A DNA stretch of 63,279 bases, counting the filler, from Chiloscyllium plagiosum (taxonomy: Eukaryota): NCBI RefSeq assembly GCF_004010195.1. It is 4 parts of one record of this genome, joined end to end, with 100 filler letters (N's around TTAATTAATTAA, not from the genome) between each part and the next. Parts side by side here need not be neighbours in the genome. Positions count along the whole stretch, not along the records: positions 1 to 23,451 come from NC_057710.1; positions 23,552 to 38,241 come from NC_057710.1; 2 more parts are not named here. One strand, given 5' to 3'. The notes below the pieces were generated by a model. The model was not told the DNA's origin and made no database searches. It saw only the letters and a list, made by a program, of their open reading frames with translations. The translations under genes were made by a program, and so were the position numbers. Positions 13,040 through 24,094 of the stretch are shown one piece after another. Within the stretch, counting starts at the first letter, position 1. The number at the start of each line of letters is the position of its first letter.

Positions 13040-13540
13040 AAATAAAAACTGTAAATACTGGAATCCAGCATAGACAAACAGGAGGTTGGAAGAACACAGC
13101 AATGCAGGCAGCATCAGGAGGTGGAGCAGTCGATATTCAGGTGTAACCCTTCTTCAGGACTAGGGGTGGGTGTGGGGGGAGCTGCAGGTAAAGGGGGTGA
13201 TGGGGGGGCAGGGTTGTGAAGTGGGGATAGGTGAAGACAAACAGAGGGTATGACCTGATTGGTCAATGGGAGGAATAAATCTGGTAGATGGCTAGAAGGA
13301 GTGGAAGGGAGTGGGAGGGGCTGGGAAGGGAGTCAGGGGAACAGAAGGGAGGGTATTTGAAATTGGAGAACTCAATGTTGAGTCCTCCAGGTTGTAGACT
13401 GCCCAGGCGGAAGATAAGGTGGTATTCCTCCAATGTGCGGTTTGGTTTGTTGTGGCAATGGAGGATGCCAAGGATGGTCATGTTGTAAAGGGAGTGGGAA
13501 GGAGAATTAAAATGGGTGGTGACTGGGAGGTCCGGTCCTT
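13040..13540 (-). mobile_element. PLE 3' end (C-terminus of the GIY-YIG region plus terminal repeat)
   Basis: ILGILHCH...RTLEEYHLIFRLGSLQPGGLNIEFSNFK; decayed hammerhead-like CTGAAGAAGGGTTACACCTGAATATC at ~13132-13157. Confidence 0.85.
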
Positions 13541-13679
13541 GCTGTATTCAGCCCTTGAGTCTGAAAAGCCAATTCAAGCTTCTGCTCCCTGAAGTTTAGC
13601 CAATTTTCTACCCATGTGGCATTGTTCCTTTGATTTCATGAGTTTTGACATTGCTGTGAAATCTATTAGTGCCACTTAG

Positions 13680-14875
13680 TCATATAGTCAGAGTCATACA
13701 GCACGGAAACAGACCCTTTATTCTAACTAGTCCATGCCAACCATTTTCCCAAACTAAACTAATCCCACCTGCGTTTGACCCATATCCCTCCAAGCTTTTC
13801 CTATTCATGTACTTATTGTTATGATGTGGAGGTTGATCCCCTCAACCCCTCGTTAATTAAAACCAAACACTCAGAAAAGCTTGGCTCATCTCGTAATCTG
13901 TTAAAAGTGTGTGAAACAGAACTCCTAATTTCTACTATTTAACTAAAAATAACAATTTACTTTCCTAACTCTAATAGTGAACACTAAACAAAACTATTAG
14001 CAAATTGAACACTCTTTTCTGAACTAAATACTATCTGACCCCAACTCTACAAAATACTGCTCCAATAACACAATTATTAAATATTACGTTAATTTACTCT
14101 CAAGTCCTCATAGTCTCTATCTTCTCTACTGTCTTCACTCTTCCATCTGATGATCTCCCTGGGTCTTCTTTCTTTTGACTGTGAGTACTTTTACAGGAAA
14201 AGGTACTTTTTGACACAGAGTGCCTTCTTATTTCCTTGAGTGCATGATGTTAGGTGGGTAGTTAACTCTCTGGCTCTACAGCAGTTATTTTGCTTTCAAT
14301 GACAGCTGCTCTGACCAATTTTCAAAATACCCACATTTTTTAAACCCCTAACATCATTCCCTCTCATTGGTCCAACGCTGTCAATACAATAAATTCAAAC
14401 TCAATTGTGTTATAGTATTCTGGGCATAATTTAAATTAATTTTAAAATTTTGAAAACACGACCTATCTTAAAGTGAACATACACTCGTTTGACTTTGTAG
14501 CATTATCCAAATGTCTTTCAAATATTGTAACTGTACCTGCATCCATCACTTCTTCTGGCACTTATTCCACATACTAACCACTCTCTGTATAAAAAAAAGT
14601 TGCCCCTCATGTCCTTTTTAAATCTTTCTCCTCTCACCATAAAAAATATGTCCCCTAGTTTTGAACCCCCTCACCTTAGGGAAAAGACCTTTGCTCTTCA
14701 TCTTATCTGTGCCCTTCATGATTTTACATACCTCTATAAGGTCACCCCTAAACTTCCTATGCTCCAGCGAAAAAAAGTCAGCCTACCCAGCCTATTTTCA
14801 GAACTCAAATCTTCCATTCCTGGCAACATTCTGATAAATCTTTTCTGAACACTCTCCATTTTTATAGTATCCTGT
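13680..14875 (-). mobile_element. CR1 3' fragment interrupted by a solo LTR
   Basis: CR1 UTR CTATTCATGTACTTAT|CCAAATG is split at 13816/14503. Confidence 0.85.
13817..14502. mobile_element. Probable solo LTR (686 bp)
   Basis: Starts TGTTA, ends TAGCA, 4-bp TSD TTAT (13813-13816 and 14503-14506), clean insertion into CR1. Confidence 0.75.
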
Positions 14876-14984
14876 ATAATTCTTTTGAAAATCCAAATTC
14901 ACTATATTAACCACACAATCCCTATCCTTACTTCTCTCAGTATCTTTGGATGCATCCCTGATGATTTATCCAATTTAAAAACAG

Positions 14985-15217
14985 GGTCTAGATCAGAGTG
15001 GTGCTGAAAAAGCACAGCAGGTCAGGCAGCATCCGAGGAGCAGGAAAATCAATGTTTCGGGCAAAAGCCCTTCATCAGGAATAGAGGGACTTGATGAAGG
15101 GCTTTTGCCCAAAACGTCGATTTTCCTGCTCCTCGGATGTTGTCTGACCTACTGTGCTTTTCCAGCACCACTCTAATCTAGACTCTGGTTTCCAGATTCT
15201 GCAGTCTATGTTTTTAC
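14985..15217. mobile_element. Fold-back PLE mini-element with hammerhead motifs on both strands
   Basis: ~93-bp inverted arms (14985-15077 and 15092-15184); TSD CCAATTTAARAACAG at 14970-14984 and 15218-15232. Confidence 0.85.
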
Positions 15218-17294
15218 CCAATTTAAGAACAGTCAGCCTTTCTAGTGAATCTTGTTTATTTTTTTCTAGCCACTAGTAGCTCAGTTATTTCCTGTTTTAT
15301 TCTGGAGCATCTCCTTTTTTGGTGAAGCTGAATATAGCAAAACTCATTTCGAATCTCCATTTACTCCTGCTTCCATGCAGATATTGCCTTTTTGATCTCT
15401 CACTGGCTCTAAACTTTCTTATATTACACTTTTAATATTTAGATGTCTAGAGAAGACTTTTAGGTTCCCTTCTAGCTTAGCTACTTGTCTCTTCTCATTC
15501 CCTTTTTTCTAAGTTTCCCTCTGAACCTTCTTTATTCAATTTGCTTCTCACTTGTATCAGCAATTTATGTTAAATGCCTTTTTTCCTGCCTCAGCCTATT
15601 CTTTATTGAAGAGGTCCAACATCAGATGAGGTGCATGATCTCAGGTTTCTACAACTATGACAGCAACTTGGTCATTTTATCTATACCCAATGAGTAGGCA
15701 AACTATGGCTTTGGTACAACTTAAAAGGTATTTATAAATGCAAACAAACATACAAGTTGCTGGAAAAGATCAGCAGGCCTGGCAGCATGTGTGGAGAGAA
15801 ATCAGAATTAAGGCTTCGGATCAACAGAATGCTATTTACAACTTCTGCAGTTCTTTCCCTTGTATATGCAAGCTGTTCTTTCTTTCAATATGCAAAAGAA
15901 ATGAGAAGGAATCAATACTGCCCACAGAGAACAGATTGGCTCAGTTAACTGCAATCTTTGTTAAAAAGGTAGCTTTTGAGATGGTTTTATTAGAAACTCA
16001 TTTAATCTGGTAGCCACTGTTTGGAGATGCCATCAATAGCATTGACAGGACTTTCCTGTTTCACATCCTTATTCTGTCCTTCACCTTCTAGTTAGCATTT
16101 CCTCATAGAAACAGGCAGTTTTTTAAAAATATGAAGCTATGGACATACAAGCAAATAATTTAGGAGCCGGGGTACGCCACTTAGCCTTCAATCCTGCTCC
16201 ATCATTTAATAAAGTTGTGGCTGATCTGATCACTCCACGTTTCCACCCATTCTTGACAGCCTTTCATCCCTTTGCTTATCAGATTTGACATAAAAAAGAT
16301 CACGAGTAATCTACTCAGCACCTTCAACTTGTTCTATCATGGCTGGTCAATAATAACTGCACGTACCTTAATATTTAAAGTTTGGGAGAAACTTAATATT
16401 GTTTCCACACAAAAACATCACTCATTTTTGGGAAAGAGTTTCAGATTCAGCTACCATTTGTTTGCTCCGATGCACCCATTGAAAATTTTTGACAATATTT
16501 ATTATAATAATGAGCTTATAACTTGCTTGTATTGAATGTGGTGGGACAAGCAGGCTGTCAGCATCTTCAAATAAAAACTCTGAATTACCTAACGGGTCCT
16601 CATAAGAGTGAAGTCCTCGCACATTATGCTTGAGGTGAATGTTTAGGTTTGGCATCACAGGCATTAAAATGTGGGGCTTGTGAAGCAGAAATCTTATCCT
16701 GCTTCTAATCCCATCAGCTTCCCTGGACCACCAGTGAACAATGATCCTGCATATCAGAAGACCACCCAGATATACACAACTGCACTCAAAGCACTTCAAT
16801 TAGCTGTAACTATGCACAGCTTCTAAGGTGCAGGTCAAGTAACTAGGCATTCAAAAAGGGAGTACTCAAATCAAGGAACTCTTGTCAAAACAGGCGATAA
16901 TATTCAAGTTCAAGGATATGGCTGAGGTTTTTTCTACATCATTGATTTTCCAATATCAAACTGAGTTTAAATTTTTTCACTGGTGGAAATCTGCATTTAG
17001 CAAAAACCTGGTAATATCGAAGAAAATTTCATTTTAAATGCATCCATTTGTACTGCAAGATCTTTAAATGTTACCATGTCAGAAAGAGATGTTTCATGGA
17101 GTGAAAAACTACTTTCTTGTTAAAAGAAGACTGCTAATTGATGATTTAGAATCATATTATTTGCCTATAAGTGTAGGTTATATCAATCACAAAGGGTATA
17201 ATGTGGTGTTTATAATTCAGAATATCTTATGTGCGATTTTTACAGTCATATACTGAATAACTATTTGCATTAATTTATCCTCACTGTTACGATT

Positions 17295-17800
17295 ATAGAA
17301 TCATAGAATTATACAGTACAGAAGAGGCCCTTCGGCCCATCAAGTCTGTAAAACCAAAAATATATTACCACCTACATTAGTCCCACATTCCCACACTAGG
17401 CCCACAGCCTTGAATATTGTGATATTTCTAGTGCTCATCCAAGTACTTTTTAAAGGTTGTGAGGTTTCCATTCTCAACTATCCTCCCAGGTGGTGCATTC
17501 CAGATCTTCACCACCTTCTGTGTGAATAGATTTTTCTCTTTAAACTTCTACTTTCACCTTAAAATTATTTCGCCTTGTTATTGACCATTCGACTAAAAAA
17601 AAAGTTGCTTCCTATTCATCCTGTCCATATCCCCTAGACTCTTATATACCTCTATCAGGTCTTCCGTCAATATTCTCTACTCTGAAGAGAACAGCTTATC
17701 CACCCTCTCTTCATAACTGAAATGTTACATACCTGGCAACATTTTGGTGAATCTCATTTGCACCCTCCAGTACATTCACACCCTTCCTGTAGTGTGAGAA
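17295..17800 (-). mobile_element. CR1 3' fragment
   Basis: ATAGAATCATAGAA tail, GGCCCTTCGGCCCATC, ORF2 C-terminal remnants. Confidence 0.8.
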
Positions 17801-19006
17801 TCAATCTCTCATTTCCATAGTCTTCTCCAGGAAAGCTCTTTTTATTCAACTGTATATAAGAATGTCTGCCTAGTCTCTCTGTAGGTACTGCACTCTTCCT
17901 CATTGAATGCTCCCATCTCAGTGAACCCCTTAAAAGGTCATGTTTATTTTCGAAGCAAAGATTGAAGAGTTATAACTTTCTACCTTTTCTCATTTGAGAG
18001 GATGAGAGCATTCAACTCCCCAGGAGAGCACAGAAACTAGGGATGAAGTGACATCCTGGGGAACAAAGGCAGAGACATCGGAACTTGACAAGATGGCATC
18101 AGTGTACACTGCTGTATGTAACTTATGTGGAGCCACGATTACTGGAGAAGTTTAAATTATCAGTCAAATGGAAAGGCTTCATTCCACTTTTAGCTGTGAA
18201 CTGCACTGACTATTGGCTTTTATCTAGGATAGGAGATATATACATGAATGAGGAAACAATGTAATATTCTCCGCTCTACTGGTGGGGGGGGGGGGGGGGG
18301 GGAGGGCTGGCTGTTGGAAGACACAAAAAGACCCTCACATGTGACTCTGTGCTGTGGGTGACACATTGATGTGAACAGCCAGATACTCAGCTCTGGTCAC
18401 CCATGAGGCTGTGCAGAGGTCTGAAGAACTGAGCCACTTGGAGGAGGAGTAAAGGCATTATAGCAGCTCCTTGGAAATAGCACCCTTCTACAGGATGCCT
18501 GCTTTGGTTGTTACACAAGGCCTCCATAATTCTTCCTTGCAAAGAGAGCTCGATCGCTCAACCAGGAAACACTGAGACTGGGTTGATGAGAGCTGATAAG
18601 CTCCAAGCTGAAGGCATTTCAGAACCTGAAACAGCAACCCAACTAGAAAGCAGCTCTACAGATGGCTGAGGACTGAGATTCAGCATCAAATCTGTGACTG
18701 AAAGAAAGACTGGGTGGTTGGTGACGAAAGCATAGGAAATCCATTAGACATTAACCACAATGTGCACGGTTGTTTTGGTGCAGTCAGCACTACTCATTGC
18801 CCATTGATCCAAGGCTCCAGTCTGCTCCTGGCCAAGATTGGAGAGGTGGAGACAGAGAACTATTTGGTGCTCACTAGAAGGAGCACTGTGAACATCTCCT
18901 TAACAGAGAATTTGCCTTTAATGTGAGTGCCCTTGGCTCCTTCCTGCAGTATACCTCCCGCCACTAGCTCAACACAACCCTAACACAGCACAAAGCTGAA
19001 AACAGC

Positions 19007-19301
19007 GGCACGGTGACACAGTGGTTAGCACTGCTGCCTCACAGCGCCAGAGACCCGGGTTCAATTCCCACCTCAGGCAACTGTGTGGAGTTTGCACATT
19101 CTCCCTGTGTCTGCGTGGGTTTCCTCTGGGTGCTCCGGTTTCCCACAGTCCAAAAATGTGCAGGTTAGATGAATTGGCCATGCTAAATTGCCCGTAGTGT
19201 TGGGTGAAGGGGTAAATGTAGGGCAATGGGTCTGGGTGGGTTGCTCTTCAGAGGGTTAGTGTGGACGTGTTGGGCCGAAGGGCCTGTTTCCACACTAATC
19301 T
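19007..19301 (+). mobile_element. HE1-type V-SINE
   Basis: Full head, V-domain and tail; TSD AACAGC at 19001-19006 and 19302-19307. Confidence 0.9.
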
Positions 19302-19589
19302 AACAGCTAAAGAACAACAAGTCATCAGGAGCAGATATAATCCCCAGTGAAGCACTAAAATACAGTGGAGAAACACTGTGAGTGTGATTACATGATCTAA
19401 TTTCCCCAAATTGGAGTCGAAGGAGGAAGAGAACATGCTAGGACATCTTAGTGTTGCGCTTTGAAGTACAGAGGCTTTTATTGCTATGTCAATGCAATCA
19501 AATACACATTGGACCTGAAGAAATCCAGCTATCCACCGAAAACCTGGGCCACAGTCTTAGTGCAGGCGGTGACAATTCACCTTGTGCTG

Positions 19590-19780
19590 TTTAGGGAAGG
19601 AAATCTTCCATCCTGACCTAGTTTGGTTTATATGTCACTGCAGACCCACAGCAATGTTCCTGACTCTTCACTGACTCCTAAAGTGGCCAAGCGAAGCACT
19701 CAGTTCTAGGGCTTATAGGAATGGATAATCGTACAGGTCTTGCCTATGAAGGCTACATCTCATGAAAGGATTGAGTTTAA
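19590..19780 (+). mobile_element. Second SINE family, 3' part
   Basis: TTTAGGGAAGGAAA...CAGACCCACAGCAATG core shared with 26010-26225 and 27240-27560. Confidence 0.7.
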
Positions 19781-20189
19781 AAAGCTTCTGTCTTTTCAAA
19801 ATTAATGCAGTCATTAATGTGAAATGCCTTTACTATGAGCATTCTGAATTTATCTACCCCACAGAGCTGTGGATGCTCATTTGTTGAGTATATTTAAGTC
19901 TGAGATCGACAGATAATTTGACTGTAGTCGAATCAAGGGAGATGGGGAGTGATTGGGAAAGTGGAGCTGAGGTCAGGGATTGGGGACTCTGGTGTGGAGG
20001 GGAGAGTGTGGCCCAGTATCAGCATCAGCGGTGGCATTGGTGAGGTGGGCCCAGTGGCAAAGAGATGGCACTTAAAGAGTGACAACTCCTATGTTGGTGG
20101 GTCTGGTGCAGGTGGTGGTGAGACGTTAGAGGGGGAGTGGCAGCGCAGGAGTCATTGGTGAGTCGGCTCAGGACTCTCTTTCAGTTATA

Positions 20190-20379
20190 GGAGAAAGTGA
20201 GGACTCAGATGCTGGAGAGTCAGAGTCAAAATGTGTGGCGCTGGAAAAAGCACAGCAGGTCAGGCAGCATCCGAGGAGCAGGAGAGTTGTTGTGCCTGAT
20301 GAAGGGCGTATGCCTGAAACGTCGACTCTCCTGCTTCTTGGATGTCACCGCTTCTTTTCCAGCACTACCCTTGTCGACT
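20190..20379. mobile_element. Fold-back PLE mini-element
   Basis: Inverted arms around hammerhead motif CTGATGAAGGGCGTATGCCTGAAACGTC (20296-20323); 16-bp TSD CTCTCTTTCAGTTATA at 20174-20189 and 20380-20395. Confidence 0.85.
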
Positions 20380-21029
20380 CTCTCTTTCAGTTATATCTTT
20401 GATCCTTTTCATTCTTAAACAATTCAAGATGGCGCCGGGTTGTGGCGACTATTGAAGCTTTTCACTGTATTTTACTACAGTATTCACTGTAAAATGCAAT
20501 TGACAATAAATCAATCATTCATTCAAATCATCTAGTCACTGTTAAATAAAGGAGTAAGCTTAGGGCACCATTACAATTGCACCTGTTGCATATAAAATAC
20601 ACTTGTAGGTCTTGCTTTCACTCTAAATAGAAGTATCTTCAATTATAACCATTCACTCCTCTTGCCAAATTTTCCTTTGTTGATTTCATGTCCCTTTCAT
20701 ATTCCATATATTATAATTGCTTCATTGTGGAATCCAGTTATTAATATTTGGGAGAATATGTGTAAGTGACCAGGTGATTGAGTCCAGTAAATATGAGACC
20801 GAGTGCAGGCACAGAATGAATTGAGGAATTGTCCGGTGGACTATTCCACAGCAATTTTTTTTAACTTGTCTCCTGATCTTCTATGACCAAAGCTATGGTT
20901 GGTGAGCAAGGGTACATTGGAAAGGAATATTTGCAGCAGATGGTGCCATTTTCATTATACCCTGCAGTGCAGTTCAGTTCCAGCAATCAGGATACATGAT
21001 GGCCGAGGAACCTCTAAGCAAATGCGCCC

Positions 21030-21120
21030 ACAACCTCCTGATGAAGGAGCAGTGCCCTGAAAGCTCGTGCTTCCAAATAAACCTGCTGAACTATAACCTG
21101 GTGTTGTGTGATTTTAACTA
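21030..21120 (+). mobile_element. PLE-type terminal repeat, family B, with a hammerhead motif at 21038-21066
   Basis: CTGATGA-AGGAGC-AGT-GCCCT-GAAAG-CTC; tail AATAAACCTG...CCTGGTGTTGTGTGATTTT; a reverse copy lies at ~47315-47390. Confidence 0.65.
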
Positions 21121-21775
21121 TATATTTTATAGTACTTGCTTTGATGTTCCACCAATTTACAGAAGGAGATGCAAATTGCATTGTACCTCCCATTTCACCC
21201 TCCTTCACCTCCCACTGTTCTTTCCTTTAAAGTTCCAGGTGTGAATGGATCCCTGATAACCTGATGATGACATTTACTGGCTGCTTGCTATGCAGGATAG
21301 TGCCATGACAACCAGAGGCATTCTAACTGTTTACTTTCTTACTGAAAGGGAAAATAGCTGATACTTTACAACAGAGAACTGAAGCCAGCAGTAGGTCCTC
21401 TCGCTATCTGTCCTATCATTGCTTGTGAGAAGGAAGCTCTCAAGCTACCAAGAAATAGGAGGGCATGTGTAATCTCTGGATTGCTCATGGCTTTCATGGC
21501 CTCTTTCCTCTTATGCATATGAAGCATGTACCTTTTGTCATGCCAATACAGAAATAAATATGTTATGGTTCCTTATTCTACCAATCAAATGGAATCAGTA
21601 TTGCTCATTGGCTCTGGCTGACATTAGGCCTGCTCCTGCCTTGACTAGTAAGAGACAGGGAAGCAGTAAGAAGGCGTTCCACCATTTCTTTCATCTTCTC
21701 TTTTTTTTTCTCTTTCTCTCTTTCCTGCATGCCATTAATCAAGGCAGGGCAGATAGTGGCTTATGGGTAATTAAT

Positions 21776-22043
21776 CGAGGAGAAAGTGAGGATTGCAGAT
21801 GCTGGAGATCAGAGCTGAAAATGTGTTGCTGGAAAAGCGCAGCAGATCAGGCAACATCCAAGGAGCAGGAGAATCGACGTTTCGGGCATAAGCCCTTCTT
21901 CATCCAAGGAGCAGGAGAATCGACGTTTCGGGCATAAGCCTCATTCCTCATTCCTGAAGAAGGGCTTATGCCCGAAACGTCGATTCTCCTGCTCCTTGGA
22001 TGCTGCCTGACCTGCTGCGCTTTTCCAGCATCACATTTTCAGC
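21776..22043. mobile_element. Fold-back PLE mini-element with an internal 40-bp tandem duplication and an intact hammerhead motif (21954-21981)
   Basis: Inverted arms; TSD TATRGGTAATTAAT at 21762-21775 and 22044-22057. Confidence 0.88.
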
Positions 22044-22329
22044 TATAGGTAATTAATGCAGACTTTGGTTCCATCAGGATTTTTAACTTATGGCCGATGC
22101 TTATACTTTCCCTCATAACATAAGAAACTCAGCATTGATAACGCAGTATTGAAATATCCGACAGACATTTATTATAGCCGGTTATGATTCACATCACATT
22201 CACAGATTTGAAAGTGCATTTGGCTATTTGTTTACTGTCATCAGCAGGTCACACTTTAAGAGCTCCCAGTTAATATGGTGTCTGAGACATTTATAACTCA
22301 GCTTGCATTCTATAATATGTCACATATAG

Positions 22330-23451
22330 ACAGGATAGATTGAGTGAATCCTGAGAAGAGCATAAAGGCAGTGGGAGTATACTTAAGAAGGAAATCAGGA
22401 AGGCAAAAAGAGATCATGAGATAATTTTGGCTAATAAGGTTAAGGAGAATCCAAAGGGTTTTTACAAATACATTAGGACAAAAGGGTAACTAGGGAGTGA
22501 TAAGGGACACTCAAAGATCAGCAAGACAGCCTTTGTGTGGAGCTGCAAGAGATGGGCGGCATAGTGGCTCAGTGGTTAGCATTGCTGCCTCACAGCATCA
22601 GGGACCTGGTTTTGACTCCCACCTCGGACAACTGTCTGTGTGGAGTTTGTATGTTCTCCTCGTGTCTGCGTGGGTTTTCTTCCACAATGCAAAAGATGTG
22701 CAGGTCAGGTGAATTGGTCATGCTAAATTGCCCATAGAGTTAGGTGCATTTGTGGGATAAATATAGGGTAGGGGAATAGGTCTGGGTGGGTTGCTCTTCG
22801 GAGGGTCCGTGTGGACTTTTTGGGCTAAATGGCCTGTTTCCATACTGTAGGGAATCTAATGGGGGAGATACTTAACGAGTATTTTGCATCAGTGTTTAAT
22901 GTGGAGAAGGTCAAGAAAGATATAGAATGTGGGGAAATAAATGGTGATAGCTTACAAAATGTCCATGTTACAGAGAAGGAAATGTTGGATGTCTCAAAAT
23001 GCATAAAGGTGGATAAATCCCCAGAACTTGATCAGGTGTATCCTAGAACTCTGTGGGAAGCTAGGGAAGTGATTGATGGACCCCTTGCTGGGATATTTGT
23101 ATCTTCAATAGTCACAGGTGAGGTGCCAGAAGATTGGAGATTGGCTAACATGGCACCATTATTTAAGAAAAGTGGTAAGGACAAGCCAGAGAACTATAGA
23201 CCGGTGAGCCTGACCTTGGTGGCGGGCAAGTTGTTGGAGGAAATCCTGAGGGACAGGATGTACATGTATTTGGAAAGGCAAGGACTGAGTAGGGATAGTC
23301 AACATGGCTTTGTGCATGGGAAATCATGTCTCACAGCCTTGATTGAGTTTTTTGAAGAAGTAACAAAGAGGATTGATGAGGGCAGAGCAGTAGATGTGAT
23401 CTATATGGACTTCAGTAAGGCGTTCGACAAGGTTCCCCATGGGAGACTGAT
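22330..23451 (+). mobile_element. CR1 ORF2 (N-terminal RT region) interrupted by an HE1 SINE
   Basis: VPEDWRLAN..PLFKK..KDKPENYRPVSLT, SQHGFV.GKSCLT.LIEFFEEV, VDVIYMDFSKAFDKVPH. Confidence 0.95.
22557..22858 (+). mobile_element. HE1-type V-SINE nested in CR1
   Basis: Head, V-domain and tail; ATGGG duplicated at 22552-22556 and 22859-22863. Confidence 0.88.
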
Positions 23452-23550
23452 NNNNNNNNNNNNNNNNNNNNNNNNNNNNNNNNNNNNNNNNNNNNTTAAT
23501 TAATTAANNNNNNNNNNNNNNNNNNNNNNNNNNNNNNNNNNNNNNNNNNN
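23452..23550. other. Assembly gap with artificial TTAATTAATTAA linker
   Basis: N run, 12-mer with stops in all six frames, N run; identical layout at 38242-38341 and 45021-45120. Confidence 0.95.
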
Positions 23551-23990
23551 NAGGATGTTTCCTGGTATGGTAGGAAGATCGTATGAGGAAAGGTTGAGGC
23601 ACTTGGGGTTGTTTTCATTGGAGAAAAGAAGGTTTAGGGGTGACTTGATAGAGGTGTACAGGATGATTAGGGGTTTAGATAGGGTTGACCATGGGAACCT
23701 TTTTCCACGTATGGAGTCAGCTATTACGAGGGGCATAGCTTTAAATTAAGGGGTGGTAGGTATAAGACAGATGTTAGGGGTAGTTTCTTTACTCAGCGAG
23801 TCGTGAGTTCATGGAATGCCCTGCCAGTAGCAGTGGTGGACTCTCCCTCTTTATGGGCATTTAAACGGGCATTGGATAGGCATATGGAGGATAGTGAGCT
23901 AATGTAGGTTAGGTGGGCTTGGATCGGCGCAACATCGAGGGCCAAAGGGCCTGTACAGCGCTGTATTTTTCTATGTTCTATGTTCTATGT
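23551..23990 (+). mobile_element. CR1 3' end (young subfamily)
   Basis: SYEERLRHLGLFSLEKRRFRGDLIEVY; (TTCTATG)n tail. Confidence 0.92.
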
Positions 23991-24094
23991 ACAGTCCTGG
24001 GCAGAGCAGTTGCTATACCAGGCTGTTATGTAGCCGGGCAGTAAGCTCTCAGTGGTGTAGAAATTGGTGAAGGTTCTTATGGACATGCTGAACG

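Noticed and set aside
16422..16799. 125-aa ORF in unique DNA as a possible host exon
   Set aside because: No recognisable domain, non-ATG start and no convincing splice pair; consistent with chance
18284..18302. Poly-G run as a G-quadruplex element
   Set aside because: Simple homopolymer of unreliable length with no supporting context
23496..23507. TTAATTAATTAA palindrome repeated at 23496, 38286 and 45065
   Set aside because: Always centred in ~100-bp N runs; it is an artificial contig spacer with stops in six frames
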